NCBI RefSeq assembly: GCF_018977255.1
Contig: NW_024704743.1
Location: 42,410,001 to 42,474,000, forward strand
Origin: Callorhinchus milii
Taxonomy: Eukaryota
Reading direction: 5' to 3'
DNA: 64,000 nucleotides
Shown here: in pieces, positions 51,773-64,000 of the stretch
How positions within the stretch are numbered: position 1 is the stretch's first letter
Layout: every line of letters starts with the position of its first letter
The notes under the pieces: model-generated
What the model was told of the DNA's origin: nothing
Databases searched by the model: none
Seen by the model: only the letters and a program-made list of their open reading frames with translations
Position numbers and translations under genes: made by a program

Positions 51773-53231
51773 TGACAGGAACAAGATTGGATCTATATTG
51801 CCAGCTTCACAAAAAGATTTACAAATAGAGAATTTGGAGCTCACAGGTCGATTTCCTGCGGGCAACTGGGTCGTGATCCGAAAGTCGAAACTGATGTATG
51901 TGAAATTCCAGAGAGGCACAGTTGAGTGATGCAGGATTTCCCAGATTGCCAACATATTTGGGGAACTACTGCAAGTAATAAATAAGGTCTTTAGTAACAG
52001 AAGAACAGGAGTAATAGCAGCTCATCAAACTTGTTCTATCATTTAGTTAGGACAGCAGATCTTTCAGTGCCATTTTCCCTACCTTTTCTGCATATCCATC
52101 AAAACCCTTACTTCTTTTCAAACATCCAAATTGATTCCATAACCACAGTCTTTGTGGTGATGCATTATTTTAACAATATAATAAGCTTTGATTTATTGTA
52201 GTGCCTTATCACATCGTCGAGACGTCTTAAAGTGCGTGAACAGGATTCCACATCCTCTCAACCCTCTGCGTGAACAATTGTCTTCTGAGAAGCCACAATA
52301 CAATCGTGAGCATCTTAAAACAAACGAGAGTGAACACAAAGTATTCCAAAAGATCCTTGACTGCGCTAACCAAAGCATTCTCACATCGGAAAATCTTTTC
52401 ATTTCACGGAATCAGAAAAATCCAATAATAATCTCAGAAGCTGAAATCACAACCTGATGAACCACCGTTTCATGTCAATCTTAATTGTCTTGAGAAACCA
52501 AACCTTAGATTACATCTCGTTTCAGAAAAGTTGAACCAGTTAAGAAATTAAGAAGCGAGTTACTTTCGTTTTCTGCAGTATGGATTTTGGCTGCTGGAAA
52601 TTGAATTCCTATTGTTTTATAATTTGAAAAATGGAATCTTGAAATAAGATTTTTTAAATAAGAAAAATGTCTTTGTCCTTGAGGTCCAGACAAGGTCATA
52701 ACAATTGTAAACTGTCATGGAAAAGAATGAAGTGCTCCTACGTAGGTGGTCAGCAAATTCACTCAAGCCCTTTGCCTGCTGAGAAATAAGATAAAGAAAC
52801 TGGGGAAACAACTTAATAACAAGCTGGCCTTGCTTTAAAGTGAGGCTTGTCGCCAAGCAACCGAATCCTGCCGTCTGCTATTTTTAAGTTGCCTGGCAGT
52901 GAAATGAATAAAATTTTTATCGTTAGTTGCTTTTAACTGTTTCTGTAGTCACAGTTTCTTTTAGGTTTGAACCTTAATATTGTATTTTCTGTTGAACTTG
53001 CACTTCACTGGATTGTATGAATGTGAGTGAGGTATTAATACAACTGTTATCAAGCGCTGTTGTTATATGTAAAAGGAAACGCACCTGGGCAAACAGGACT
53101 CCTCAGACCTCATTTAACTGAACATAACCAAACTTGCACGGAATACTGGAAGCACGCTTCATTCTGCTTGCTTATTTATACTCTTGGTAGTCAACTTGAA
53201 TTTTATTTTGCCCCTGTTTTTTTTTCCCTAG

Positions 53232-53399
53232 GCATTATTCGAACAGCTTTGGCAAACATGGACCGAGAAGCAAAAGAACAGTATCAAGTGATCATCCAGG
53301 CAAAGGACATGGGTGGACAGATGGGGGGATTATCAGGGACAACGACTGTAAATATAACCCTCACTGATGTCAATGACAATCCTCCTAGATTTCCCCAAA
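53232..53399 (+). CDS. CDH10: Type II cadherin coding exon 4 (EC2 end)
   Basis: 'ttttttccctag|GC ATT ATT CGA' gives [56 protein letters not shown]. 168 nt, donor 'A|gtaagc'. Confidence 0.95.
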
Positions 53400-55293
53400 G
53401 TAAGCTGCATTTAATGTTTATTGCTATATTTAAAGCTTTTTAATATTTATCGATCACCATCTGGTCTTACATTCAATGAACCTTGTATCTACATATACTC
53501 GCCAAAATATTTTACTGTGAACACGACAAATATTTTCCCTTTCCCTGCAGAAGGACTCATTTTTTTGTAAACCAATATAAAACAGATTAAAACAAAAAGC
53601 AATCAAAATAAAATACACAATTTAAAAACTCTTCATTCAAATCTTATGCAACGCTCATGTTAGAAAAATTGTAAAATTGCTTCCATACTTCCATATTTTA
53701 CATCCTTTATGAACATTTCTAAGTTTGATACATCACATCCAATAACTATCCTGGAACAATCCTCTTAACCCATCTGACAGAATATTTCGGAATTTCTCCT
53801 TTAGTGGAGTAGGTGAAGAGTCAGAACAAAGCTTGTTTGCCATTGAATTTAGCTTGAACTTGCACTTATAGTAATCACCTCCAATACCTCATATCAGCAT
53901 TGTCTAGGAAAGGTCATGACAGGCCAGCATTGCTGAAACCCCATTACTGACCTGTTAGGTAGGCTGATCTATTGGACCGACCCTGGCCAGTAAGACATAG
54001 AGGCCAAGAAACTCAGCAGTTGAGTATTGTTGCCTGGTATTGTTGCTTTCAGAATATCGGGGGTGGGGATTTAGACGAAAAAGGCCCATTGTCCCATTCG
54101 ATCTCTTCTTCCAGAAACCCCCCCCCCCCCCATCTTTCCGCCATCTCATTACAGCATCAAGTTCTCATTACATCTGTTGATCTCTTATGTTTGCCTCCAA
54201 TTGGTTACAAAACATTAGTTGAAAGTCCGGTCATCAGACGGTGAAAATAATAATAATCCTTGCATTTGAGACATCTCAAAGCGCTTCATAGAATATACTG
54301 TAAAGTGAATTGACTGTATATTTTGTTGGTGAAACAAACAATGGTTACAGGAACTCACAAGATGACAAGATTAGTGTGGATGGAAGAAGGCCCTTCCATC
54401 CATTTGATCTCATCGCTCCAGAATAAACACTGAAAGTTTCTAAATAATAGGGATAAAGCAGCAAAACAATGCATTTTGAAGATACAATACGAGTAGATTA
54501 AGAAGTATGATACAATAAAAATAAATTTAAGATTAAAAAATGGAATAGTGAGAGATTAATGCAGGAAAAAAGGAACAAGTGACAACAGAAGGTGATATTT
54601 TTCAACACAGTTACTTTCTTATATTAGTAGTTTAGCATTAATATATTAATAAGGCTGTCCCGTTTGATTAGTTTATTACTAAAATTCATTTTCAGAGTCA
54701 GTCTGAACTGAAATCCAAATAAGTCAGCTCACAGAGCCAGACATCTCAGTAACTCTGCCAGCAGCATAAGGGTTAATATTGACCACTTTTCATTGGTATT
54801 TCAAACTGAGCTAGTAATTGTATCTGCTGAAAATTAAGCAATTGGGTATGTGCTGACAGGGTCAATAATCCCTCAGACAGCATCCAACTGATACACCACC
54901 TGTAATGATACAGCCCAGCAACATATCATTCGGCCCAGTAAAGTCAATGCTGGTGTTTTCCTCCGCAGGAGCTATCTAATCTAACCCACTCACTCCCCAT
55001 GCACTTTAATATTCCTCTTTTGCAAACATTTATCTGCTTTTTAAAAGCATAAATGGACTCTGATTCAACTATGGTTTGACTGAGAATTACAATATAATGC
55101 AAATTTACATTTATGTCGCCTTTCATGTCGAGTGAATGTCCCAAAATATCCCAATTCAATTTACTAACCACTCTTCTAGTTAGCTTATTCATTTAATCTT
55201 CATCCTAGCTTGTACAGATATGTTGGAGCATGTTTAAAAATAGCCCAGTGAAAGGGCTAACACTGGCTAAGAAAGATTTCTTTGTTTCTGCAG

Positions 55294-55481
55294 GTACTTA
55301 CCAACTAAGTGTGCAGGAGTCTGCCCTTGAGGGTGCTGTGGTTGGCAGAATAAAGGCTTATGATGCAGACATCGGGGAAAACGCAGAGGTGAATTACCGC
55401 ATCATCGATGGTGATGGGATCAACATGTTTAACATCAGCACAGACAAGACCACACAGGAGGGTGTTGTTACTGTGAGAAAG
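55294..55481 (+). CDS. CDH10: Type II cadherin coding exon 5 (EC3)
   Basis: 'tttgtttctgcag|GT ACT TAC CAA' gives STYQLSVQESALEGAVVGRIKAYDADIGENAEVNYRIIDGDG...TQEGVVTVRK. 188 nt, donor 'AAG|gtgcgt'. Confidence 0.95.
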
Positions 55482-55575
55482 GTGCGTTCACAGACAATCG
55501 TTAACTTTCATTCCTTTCAGGTTTATACATGTAGTACTGCCATCACATCACTGAAACTTTGTTCTTCCAACTCAG

Positions 55576-55829
55576 GTACTAGATTATGAGAGCAAGAAGA
55601 GCTACATCTTAAAGGTGGAAGCTGTGAACAGTCGTCTTGATCCTCGATTCCTGTATCTGGGCCCCTACAAAGACACAGCCACTGTGAGAATCACAGTGCA
55701 GGATGTGAATGAGCCTCCAATGTTCAGCAGGCTCCTCTACATAACAGAGGTGTATGAAGACATTGATGTGGGGACTGTAATAGGCGTAGTGACAGCACAC
55801 GATCCTGATGCTGCCAGAATCTCTGTTCG
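55576..55829 (+). CDS. CDH10: Type II cadherin coding exon 6 (EC3-EC4)
   Basis: 'tcttccaactcag|GTA CTA GAT TAT GAG' gives [50 protein letters not shown]...[24 protein letters not shown]. 254 nt, donor 'CG|gtaagg', phase 2. No further exon was found in the window. Confidence 0.95.
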
Positions 55830-57059
55830 GTAAGGTCTACTGTCATGTCAGAGTACAAGATGACTGCATCGTTTAGACACCATTGAGGCTTTATCATGGG
55901 AATTATTTGTCCTATATGAGCACTATATTTATTCTCAAAAATATAATTTTGCACAACATTGCTGGGAGTTATTGTACGTTATGTATTTATGGATTTGTGC
56001 CCACCAACATATTTTTGTGTCCAATTTTGAATGCTTCTCATTGAGGAATCCAGAGATACAGGATTTTTTTAGATTGATTTAAAAGTGATACTTTGTAGAA
56101 TAACTAAAATACTTCTTTTGCTTTCTGGCTCCTTGACAAGACAGGAACAGAACATTGCAAAGGCAAGGGGACAACCTGCGTTCACCTACAGAGTGCACAG
56201 CCATATAATTTGCAATGGGTCCTGTGAAGAGCTTTGAGACGTCCTCCCAATGTGAAAAGTTCTATGTCAAATGCAAGGATTATTTATTTATTACAGTCAG
56301 GGAAGAAAATCGCCAAATAAGTTCATAAAGGCTATTTGAAACTCAAGCCCTGTTTCTACTCAAATGCCTTTTAATGATTTTCACTGGTTTTTGCAAGAAT
56401 GTATTTTCAGTTGCCAGAGCTTGAATCAATTTTACCTAAATTCAGATTTGTTTGTTACATCATCATTTAAAGAACTTGATTTAAACAACAATAACAACAA
56501 AAATATAAAGCTCCTTTCATGTCAGGAGGATGTCCCAAGGCGTTGGACAGTCAGGGTCGGGAAACTTTAAATGAAGGAAAACCAGTCATTACATTTGCAG
56601 GAATCACTTGTAAAGCTTTTTGATAATGATAATAATCCTTACGTTTGGTATATCACCTTTCAGAATTTCCAAAGCGCTTCAGTGCACTGACTGTATATTT
56701 TGTGGGTAAATGTGCCTAAAAATGGACATGTCCTCTGAAATGTTTCAGTGCAATAAGGGAGTATAAAAAATTATTTCTTCTCTTTAAACTTTCTTGGGCC
56801 TTAAGATTTGTGATATTAATAAAATACCAAAGTCTAATCTCAAGTATCAGAATTATGCATCTGTGTTTTTTTTTACAGAGTTCCTCTTTGTGTAAAATTT
56901 ACTCAGGCAGAGTTCAATATAGAACTGGCTGTATAAATCAAGGCTGTTGACTCACATCACTGTTCTGCAGACATAGTAGTTTATTATCATGTTTGTGGCA
57001 TAACTGAGTCTTAGGACTCCATGAGCCACGTTCTGTAGCTCAGAAGGAAGATGGGCCAT

Positions 57060-57370
57060 GCTCTGGCCTGTTCCACATTCTCTGCCCGGCCCACCACACC
57101 ATCAACGGTCAGGCCTTCAGCCGCTCTGCCCCCACCTTTGGAAGTCCATCCCACAGTCCCTTCACCTTGCTCCCTCCCTTACCTCTTTCACAGCACGTCT
57201 CAAGACCCTCCTCTTCGACCGTACTTTCGGTCACTCTCCTACCCCTACCGTCCATGACCTCCACCCCTCCTGAATCCAACCCCCTGCTCGGACCCAAATC
57301 CCTGACTGTCCAGCACCTTGGACCATCCTCCCAACATCAAAGGCACTATACAAATGTAACTTGTTGTTGT
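57060..57370 (+). mobile_element. L2 3' fragment
   Basis: 'gccttcagccgctctgcccccacctttgg...ctcaagaccctcctcttcgacc' plus (ttg)n tail. Confidence 0.8.
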
Positions 57371-58968
57371 ATATCCTGTGACGCACTTTGAGACATCTCA
57401 ACAATGTGATAAAGTGTTATATCAAAAGCAGGATTATTATATATTCATGTGCTCAAAGGCTTCCACCAATGCTACACTTCATCAGGTTGCTAGGAGCTCT
57501 TTAAGCGAGCAGGCAGAATGTATTTTCGTTAGTAAAAAAGAACCTAAAATATTGTTTGGGCTTGGGGAGTTCAGAATTCAATCTAGCACCCTTCAGATCA
57601 GGAGGACGTCTGAAAGCAGTTCTCAGGATATACAGTACTGTAAAGTGTAGTGACTGTGTTTTGTGGGTGAACACTACAGTTGATAGCAAATGCCGGTTAA
57701 GTGCTTTGAGAAATTTTGATGTTAAAGGTGCTCTATCAATTGCAAAGACTATGAAAAAATAATACAAATAACAAAACTCTTTGCAGTGAAAAGAATTATT
57801 TATTGAGTTTCAAGACTCCAGTGAATTCTAACTGATGATAGCCTGTCAATGGAAGAGCGCCTGGAATTTGTATTTGTTTCAGGGAATGGAACAGCTGGTT
57901 GCTTCTTATTGAGGTAGAATGAGTCCTGGGAAGCAAGATGAGACTGCCAACCTTGGAGTGTTTGTTCATCCACATAGGACGATCTGTCTCTCTCGATTAG
58001 CTGGTACATTGATTCTGCTTTTAGCTTACAATGCTGCTGAATCCATTGGCACCTCTGACTTTGGCAGCAGCATTGTACGGTAAATGAGATGGCACTGTTA
58101 GCTCTGAAGGCATTGAGACCCTTCTGAATAGGTGTTTTATTGCTTGGACCCCTCATCCATGCTTTCTCAAGACAGTACAGCCTCCGTTCTGCCCTTTGGC
58201 AAGTGGTGTCAGCTCAGCCCAACAACTGGCTTTTTCACACTCTGGTCTTCAGGGATTCCCCATTGGAAGAAGGTGCAGAACAAAACCACAGCAAACGAGT
58301 GATGTGGACTATTGTTCTTCTGTTCAGTTGCTGTGGAATCTGACCAGCAATATAAGCAAAGACGATTCCACAGCACCGAGAGCCCCACACTATGTTAGTG
58401 AATCGCTGCTTCCAGCAGTTTTATAATATAAATTAAGCATTAATCTCCGAAGATGCACAGCAGCAATCCAGCAACATCATAGATACATTGCTCAGAAAAA
58501 GCAATCCTTTTAAATTTTCAACAGCTACAAACCACCGTGATTAACTCCACACTCTCTTGTTTATTCATATCTTTTTAGAATCTTGTTTAAACTGTTAGCA
58601 TTGGAGGCATTAATGGAGGAATCTGGCTCAGAAGATGTAGGATTTACTGAACCTGATATTGAAAGACAGTTGAATTTCCCTGCCCAGGGCGGAAGTTCAA
58701 ACATCCCTGGGTTTATGGTTTTATCAATGTTAATTTACTTTCCACATTGAGTAGTTCTTCTGAGTCAGTTTCCCCCACCAATGGGACCAGGCTACACTGT
58801 TAAAATGATGATTTATAAACAATAAATCATCGAAGTTCACTGATGCCTCAGCAGGTTTATCCAGTGTTCAGAGGGCCATGCAGACCAAGGGGACCCAGGA
58901 TCAGTCCTTAGTGTTGTGGTGTGTGCTCTGTTAGCAAAGTGTTAACATATGAATAAAGAGGCATGTTA

Positions 58969-59290
58969 TAATAATAATAATAATAATCCTTGCATTTGAT
59001 ATAGCGCTTTTCACGTCGGGAGGACGTCCCAAAGCACTTCACAGAACACACTGTAAAGTGAATTGACTGTATATTTGTGGGCGAACGCGGCAGCCAATTG
59101 CGCATAGCAATGTCCCACAAACAGTCGCAGATTGAAAATGAACAATTTATTATTGTTTTTGGTTTTGGAGGGATTATTATGAGGCGTATGGAGTAAGGAA
59201 ACTTGCCCAAGGTTTCGCCCTGTGCCTGGAATTGAACTTAGGTCTCTCACTTGCAAAGCGAGTGCTCTAACCACTGAGCTACAGGACTCC
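58969..59290 (-). mobile_element. tRNA-derived SINE, short-centre form, full length
   Basis: Same family as above. Its first 10 nt are tandemly duplicated (acaggactcc twice, 59281-59300). Confidence 0.93.
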
Positions 59291-62154
59291 ACAGGACTCC
59301 ATATTGTCAGAGCACAGCGACCAGTGCTGGAAATCTGAAACAGTAGGAGGAAATCATGGAAATACAACAAAGGTTGATTGGCATGTCAAAGAGTGAAGGA
59401 GGTTAATGTTTCTTGTCTGACCCTTCATCAGAATTGGAACAATTATCCTGGACGTGCCCCTTTTATAATACTGCTGAGGTCAAGTCAGGAATTAAAAGAA
59501 GCTTTGCAAGCCCAATTGTTCTCTTTCTGGTGAACAGTCACACGCAAGAAGGTACTTGTCCACTGGAGTTTAAAATACATTGATTTACCATGGAATTTTT
59601 TAATCAGGTCTAGGAATAGGATTCCAGGTCCCAAATGAACTCATTTTGAAACATGCCACAGCATCCTGCAGGAAGTTCAATTCAGGAGTAGCAAAAGACA
59701 ACAAAGTACATGAAATAGTATCTTGTGACCTGTAACCTGGGGAATAAAGAAAACTAACCTGGTTTATTTCTATCAGGAAGGAAAACTCTGCTTTACTATA
59801 CTGACATAATTATTCAAATGTTCAGGAAAAGCATTGTATGTGGCAAGCATTGGCCTAAACACCTAAATCTGCTACAAACTAAGTGTTACACTTTACAATA
59901 ATACAGGTACATACCCAAATTCGGAGCTTAGTTGGTATTATGTACATAGAGCTCCCTGTGTGAGATGCACTTTGTTTTCCTTAGACACTCTTTTCAGCAC
60001 TCACACCATTTACACTGTTTTTCCCACTCAAGTGCTTTTTCAATGCATCAAAAATATAGCATGATCTCCTCACTCGAGAATATCTCAATATGTAAGATCA
60101 GGAAGGAATCTAAGACTGATATCTAATGAAGTGAAAAGTTTATCGAGCAATTAATAAGTTAGATCATAGATACAAGAGGAAGATTAGAGAATTGATTAGG
60201 GCTATTTATGGCCCTGATAGCTTTCAATTACATTCTGCCGGACTGAGAGTGGATCTGACTCATGGAAAGAGCAAAGTTAAGTCAATAAAGAAGCAATTGA
60301 CTTCTGTGTTGCAAAGATAAAATGGCAGGCTGTGAGTAACATCTAAGTAAGGAATATAGTGAATTGCCACCGAAATGGAAAAGCTGAAAATCTGCAGCAA
60401 GTCAATTAATATCAACAAAAGAAAACTAGTTTTGCATATTGATCACAGAGTATTATTTGTTTAAACTGCTTCTTTTTACAAGCGCAGGATGAAAAATCTA
60501 TCAGGGCTGCTTTACAATTTCAAGCTGATACAGTCTTTTGTTAATTGTACTGACTCTCATTAAAACAATGGGAATCAATGTCTGTTATTTGAATGCCATC
60601 TAGTGGTTAGCACAAGCATCAAAACAGGTCAGGTTGTGCCCTCTGCCACCAAAACTGGACAGTATAAAAAATGTTACTGATTTTTCACTTTGATGTTTGG
60701 CTCTCTGAAATGCAAAAAAAGGTGATACACTATTAGTTAGAAAAAAATGTGTTTACACATCCAAGTGCTTTTCAACCCCAATGCATTGAAATATAATGTT
60801 TGTAATCTAAGAAGCTGGTTCCGATTGAAGTCTGTAGATTTACAGTTTTATTACAGCATGAATTTATTTTATTACAATCTGCAGATGATTATGTCCGGAT
60901 TGTCCTTTTGGGATTATCGAACGCCAGTGAGGTAAAGGGAGAAATCCCTGTGACTATTACTGAAATTAGTATATTGGTATATCCATTTGAGCAAGATTAG
61001 ACTTGTTAAATAGAAACACAATTTCCTTTGGTTATAAAGAATAATCTATTATATTCTAACTTTTCTTGTGGATTGAGATTGCGGCCAATGATTTTCCCAC
61101 CCTTTATAAATGTCTGCCGTTCTTTTTGCTTCACTGGGTCAAACACTTAAAACAAGAACTGGGTGAGAATTAATCAGGCTGCTGCCTCTTTACTAGTCAC
61201 TTCATGTTTCCTTGCTCAACAAACCATGCTGACAGTTCTGCTTAATTTGCAAATACTGGAATAACTAACAGAATTTATTTTCCTTTTGAAATCTCAGTCT
61301 AAATTACAGTTTCCTTCGCACTTTATCGACTTGAATGTGTTGTTCAGTGTAGCTGATCGGTTTTCATTAGAGGTCTCCTCTTCGCAACCTATCACTGATA
61401 GTAAAATCCACGAGAACCATTTAATATTAAAAATCTGTTGGGAGTCTTTTTAGCTGTAAAGCTCAGTTGTTTAGGTGAGTAAGCAAAGGCAATTATAGCA
61501 TGATGTCATCACTCCAGGCACCTAGATGATAACAGCAGCAAGTCCAATCATAGCAGAAATATACTAGGGCTGCATTGATAGTGTGGTAGAGGCAGTTACA
61601 CACCATTCTGGTTATAATTTGGCTCTCGGGAGTTGAGCATTGAGAGTGCTATAATGATGTTTACGCTCTAGAGAATATCCTAGAACAGGGTAAGACATAC
61701 CATGAACAAAAAAGTTTGGAGACAACCAACTGCTTGGTTTATAATGGAAAATAGCTTTTCAGATGAGAGCCTCTCAATGAGGGCTTGGTGCAATTTTCTT
61801 TCAATTGCAAAATTAGACAGTAGATGCACTCAAGAGGAAACTAGACCTCACATAAGGGAGGAGGGAATAGACGGGCATAGTAGCGAGTACGGAATGAGTG
61901 AAGACTCGTGATGGAATTTAAATACTGGCATGGACTGGTTGGGCCAAGTGGTCTGTTTCGTTTTTGTACATTCTTTGTAAAAAAAAGAGTGCCTATTAAG
62001 ATCAGGACTGATCTATCATCTTATTTGTAGCATGGTTATAGGAAGTTACGTTGGCTGCTTACAGTATGCATCATGTTATCAACAAAAAATTGAACTTCAC
62101 TAGTGTCATCTCAAAGTATTTAGAGTGAGAGCCCCACATGATGGGATGAACATT

Positions 62155-62326
62155 TTTTTTGGAAGGTATTATTATCCCTGGAAAGCGATCCACCAATCAA
62201 CTAACATCCAGGCTCCTGCTCACTGCTAGGGAAACAGAGGGTTGTGGAGTGAGGAAACATAACAAAGGTTTTTCACTGCCTGGGAATTGAATCGGGGTCC
62301 TCTGTCTTGTGAGGCAAATACTCTAA
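62155..62326 (-). mobile_element. tRNA-derived SINE fragment, long-centre form
   Basis: Degenerate head and centre 'ctctgtttccctagcagtgagcaggagcc' on the minus strand. Confidence 0.7.
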
Positions 62327-62600
62327 ACAACAACAACTTGCATTTATATTGCACACTTCACACAGGGTAGCATCCTAGAGCACTTCAGATATTTTACAGA
62401 CTCCACATTTAAGTACAAAGATTTCCAGAGAGTTGGGCAAGGTGACTGGTGGTGGGGTCGGGTGTGGTGCGGGATGGATGGACATGTATCAGGCCTAGTG
62501 GAGGAAGTGGAAGAGGTAGACAGAGGTAGAGTGGAGACATTTGAATGAGAGTCTTAAAGTTAAACCACTGGGAGATAGAGTGACAGTGGAATATTAGGAG
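62326..62600 (-). mobile_element. L2 3' fragment
   Basis: (aac)n tail and 'QWFNFKTL'-like remnant. Confidence 0.6.
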
Positions 62601-63499
62601 TATAGTTAATACTTGTGAGTATGGGGGTGATGGGCTCATGGAGCCTGCTGCCTGTATCCCTGACACCTTCCCAAGCCTAATGATAGTCATGATACCTCTG
62701 GCAGCATCAAAAGTAATTTACCATAATCATTATTTGCATTGGAGTGTCACTATAGACTGTATGGGTTCCAATCCCAACTTGGGGGGCTCTAAAAGTCTAT
62801 AATGTTCTAGCCAAACCTGTCCCCATTACTTCACCTCCTTCACTGAGTTTGACTGGTAGCTTCCTAGCTCCAGTGACAAGAGAAATCCAGACACTATCCT
62901 GTATTGAGGACTTCTGGCAAAATCATCAAAAATGTACTGTGCAATTATCCAAGTGCGATCCAAGGGCGTTGACAGTGTGGCTAACACCAATACCAAATCC
63001 AGCCGACAAATGGACTGATGCCTGGAATTGATCCAGATGCCACAATAAGTTACACATGCTCTTCAGGCTATGTTATGGTCTCGCAAAATGTGTCCACAAT
63101 GTGCCACCTGTAACTTTGCTGCTTAACTGGTGCATTTAGCTCAAGAGTGCAGTATAAGACCCCAGATTGTTCGAATTCTCCTTTCCTAAGTTTGTTAATT
63201 GTGCCAATATTACTGGTCATGTTAAATAAAATGTGTTTGCATTGTAGGCAAATGACAAATGTTGAAAAGAGGACTTTGCAATCTACTTTACTTAACTATA
63301 TTGATATTAATGGGCAGTCAAATGTATGACAGCAATTCAAACCAAAAATATCTCCTTTATTACTCTGAGATCCGTTGTGACGAACTCTAATACTTGTCAT
63401 TTGCAGTCTAACAGCATGCCATTATGGCAACCTCCTATAATACCCAATAGCAGAATGGAGATGGTAGCTGATTATGCACATTACAGTGTGTGTGTGTGT

Positions 63500-63802
63500 G
63501 GAGTCCTGTAGCTCAATGGTTAGAGCACTCGCCTTGCGAGATACCTGGGTTCGATTCCCATCAGGGTGAAACCTTGGGCACGTTTCCTTGCTCCACACGC
63601 CTGATAATAATCCCTCAAAAAAAACAATAATAAATGGGTCACTTCAGTCCACGACTGTTTGTGGGTCACTGCTGTGTGCAATTGGTTGCCGCGTTTTGCC
63701 CACAAATATACAGTCAATTCACCTTACAGTATGTTCTGTGAAGGGCTTTGAGATGTCTAGAAGACGGGAAAAGCACTATATCAAATGCAAGAATTATTTA
63801 TT
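63500..63802 (+). mobile_element. tRNA-derived SINE, short-centre form
   Basis: ggagtcctgtagctcaatggttagagcactcg...ggttcgattccc, preceded by (TG)n. Confidence 0.92.
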
Positions 63803-64000
63803 ACAGTACACATTATTAATGTTATGCTTTGTTTCATTTGAGGCATAGGGAGTCTAAGGACTTAAACCTTGATAGGACTGTTTGTGCCAAGGAGAATCAA
63901 CAGAGTGAAGAATGTGATATGTAAAGTGATAATTTTCACTAATGATAATTATCTCAACATGTATCACATTTTCAATACTTAAACCAATATCTAATAGAGT

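Noticed and set aside
55507..55520. Alternative acceptor 'ttcattcctttcag' inside the 94-nt intron
   Set aside because: Only 39 nt from the upstream donor, too short for a normal intron, and it would shift the frame.
1..64000. CRISPR arrays, operons or other prokaryotic systems
   Set aside because: The sequence is vertebrate intron-exon DNA; repeats are dispersed retroelements, not regularly spaced arrays.

Overview
Eukaryotic (vertebrate) genomic DNA. The repeat content (tRNA-headed SINEs with TTA tails, Deu-domain SINEs, LF-SINE-like relics, CR1 and L2 LINEs) suggests a cartilaginous fish, possibly a holocephalan such as the elephant shark; this is inference. The window holds the first six coding exons of a + strand type II classic cadherin of the CDH6/CDH9/CDH10 clade, closest by eye to CDH10: 4156-4377, 36206-36500, 41566-41684, 53232-53399, 55294-55481 and 55576-55829. 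All have GT-AG junctions, and the gene continues beyond the window. The third coding exon is 119 nt instead of the frame-preserving 120 because one T is missing from a T run, so it is either an assembly error or a null allele. Introns are densely filled with retroelements. The most unusual object is at 15343-15878: a ~525-nt element with a U2 snRNA 5' end and the U2 stem-loop IV loop. Novel sequence that folds into consecutive hairpins replaces the U2 middle and extends the 3' end. It has an A-rich tail, a probable 10-bp target-site duplication and an extra 5' G, so it looks like a retrocopy of a long U2-derived structured RNA or a U2-headed SINE. Repeat boundaries are estimated by eye.
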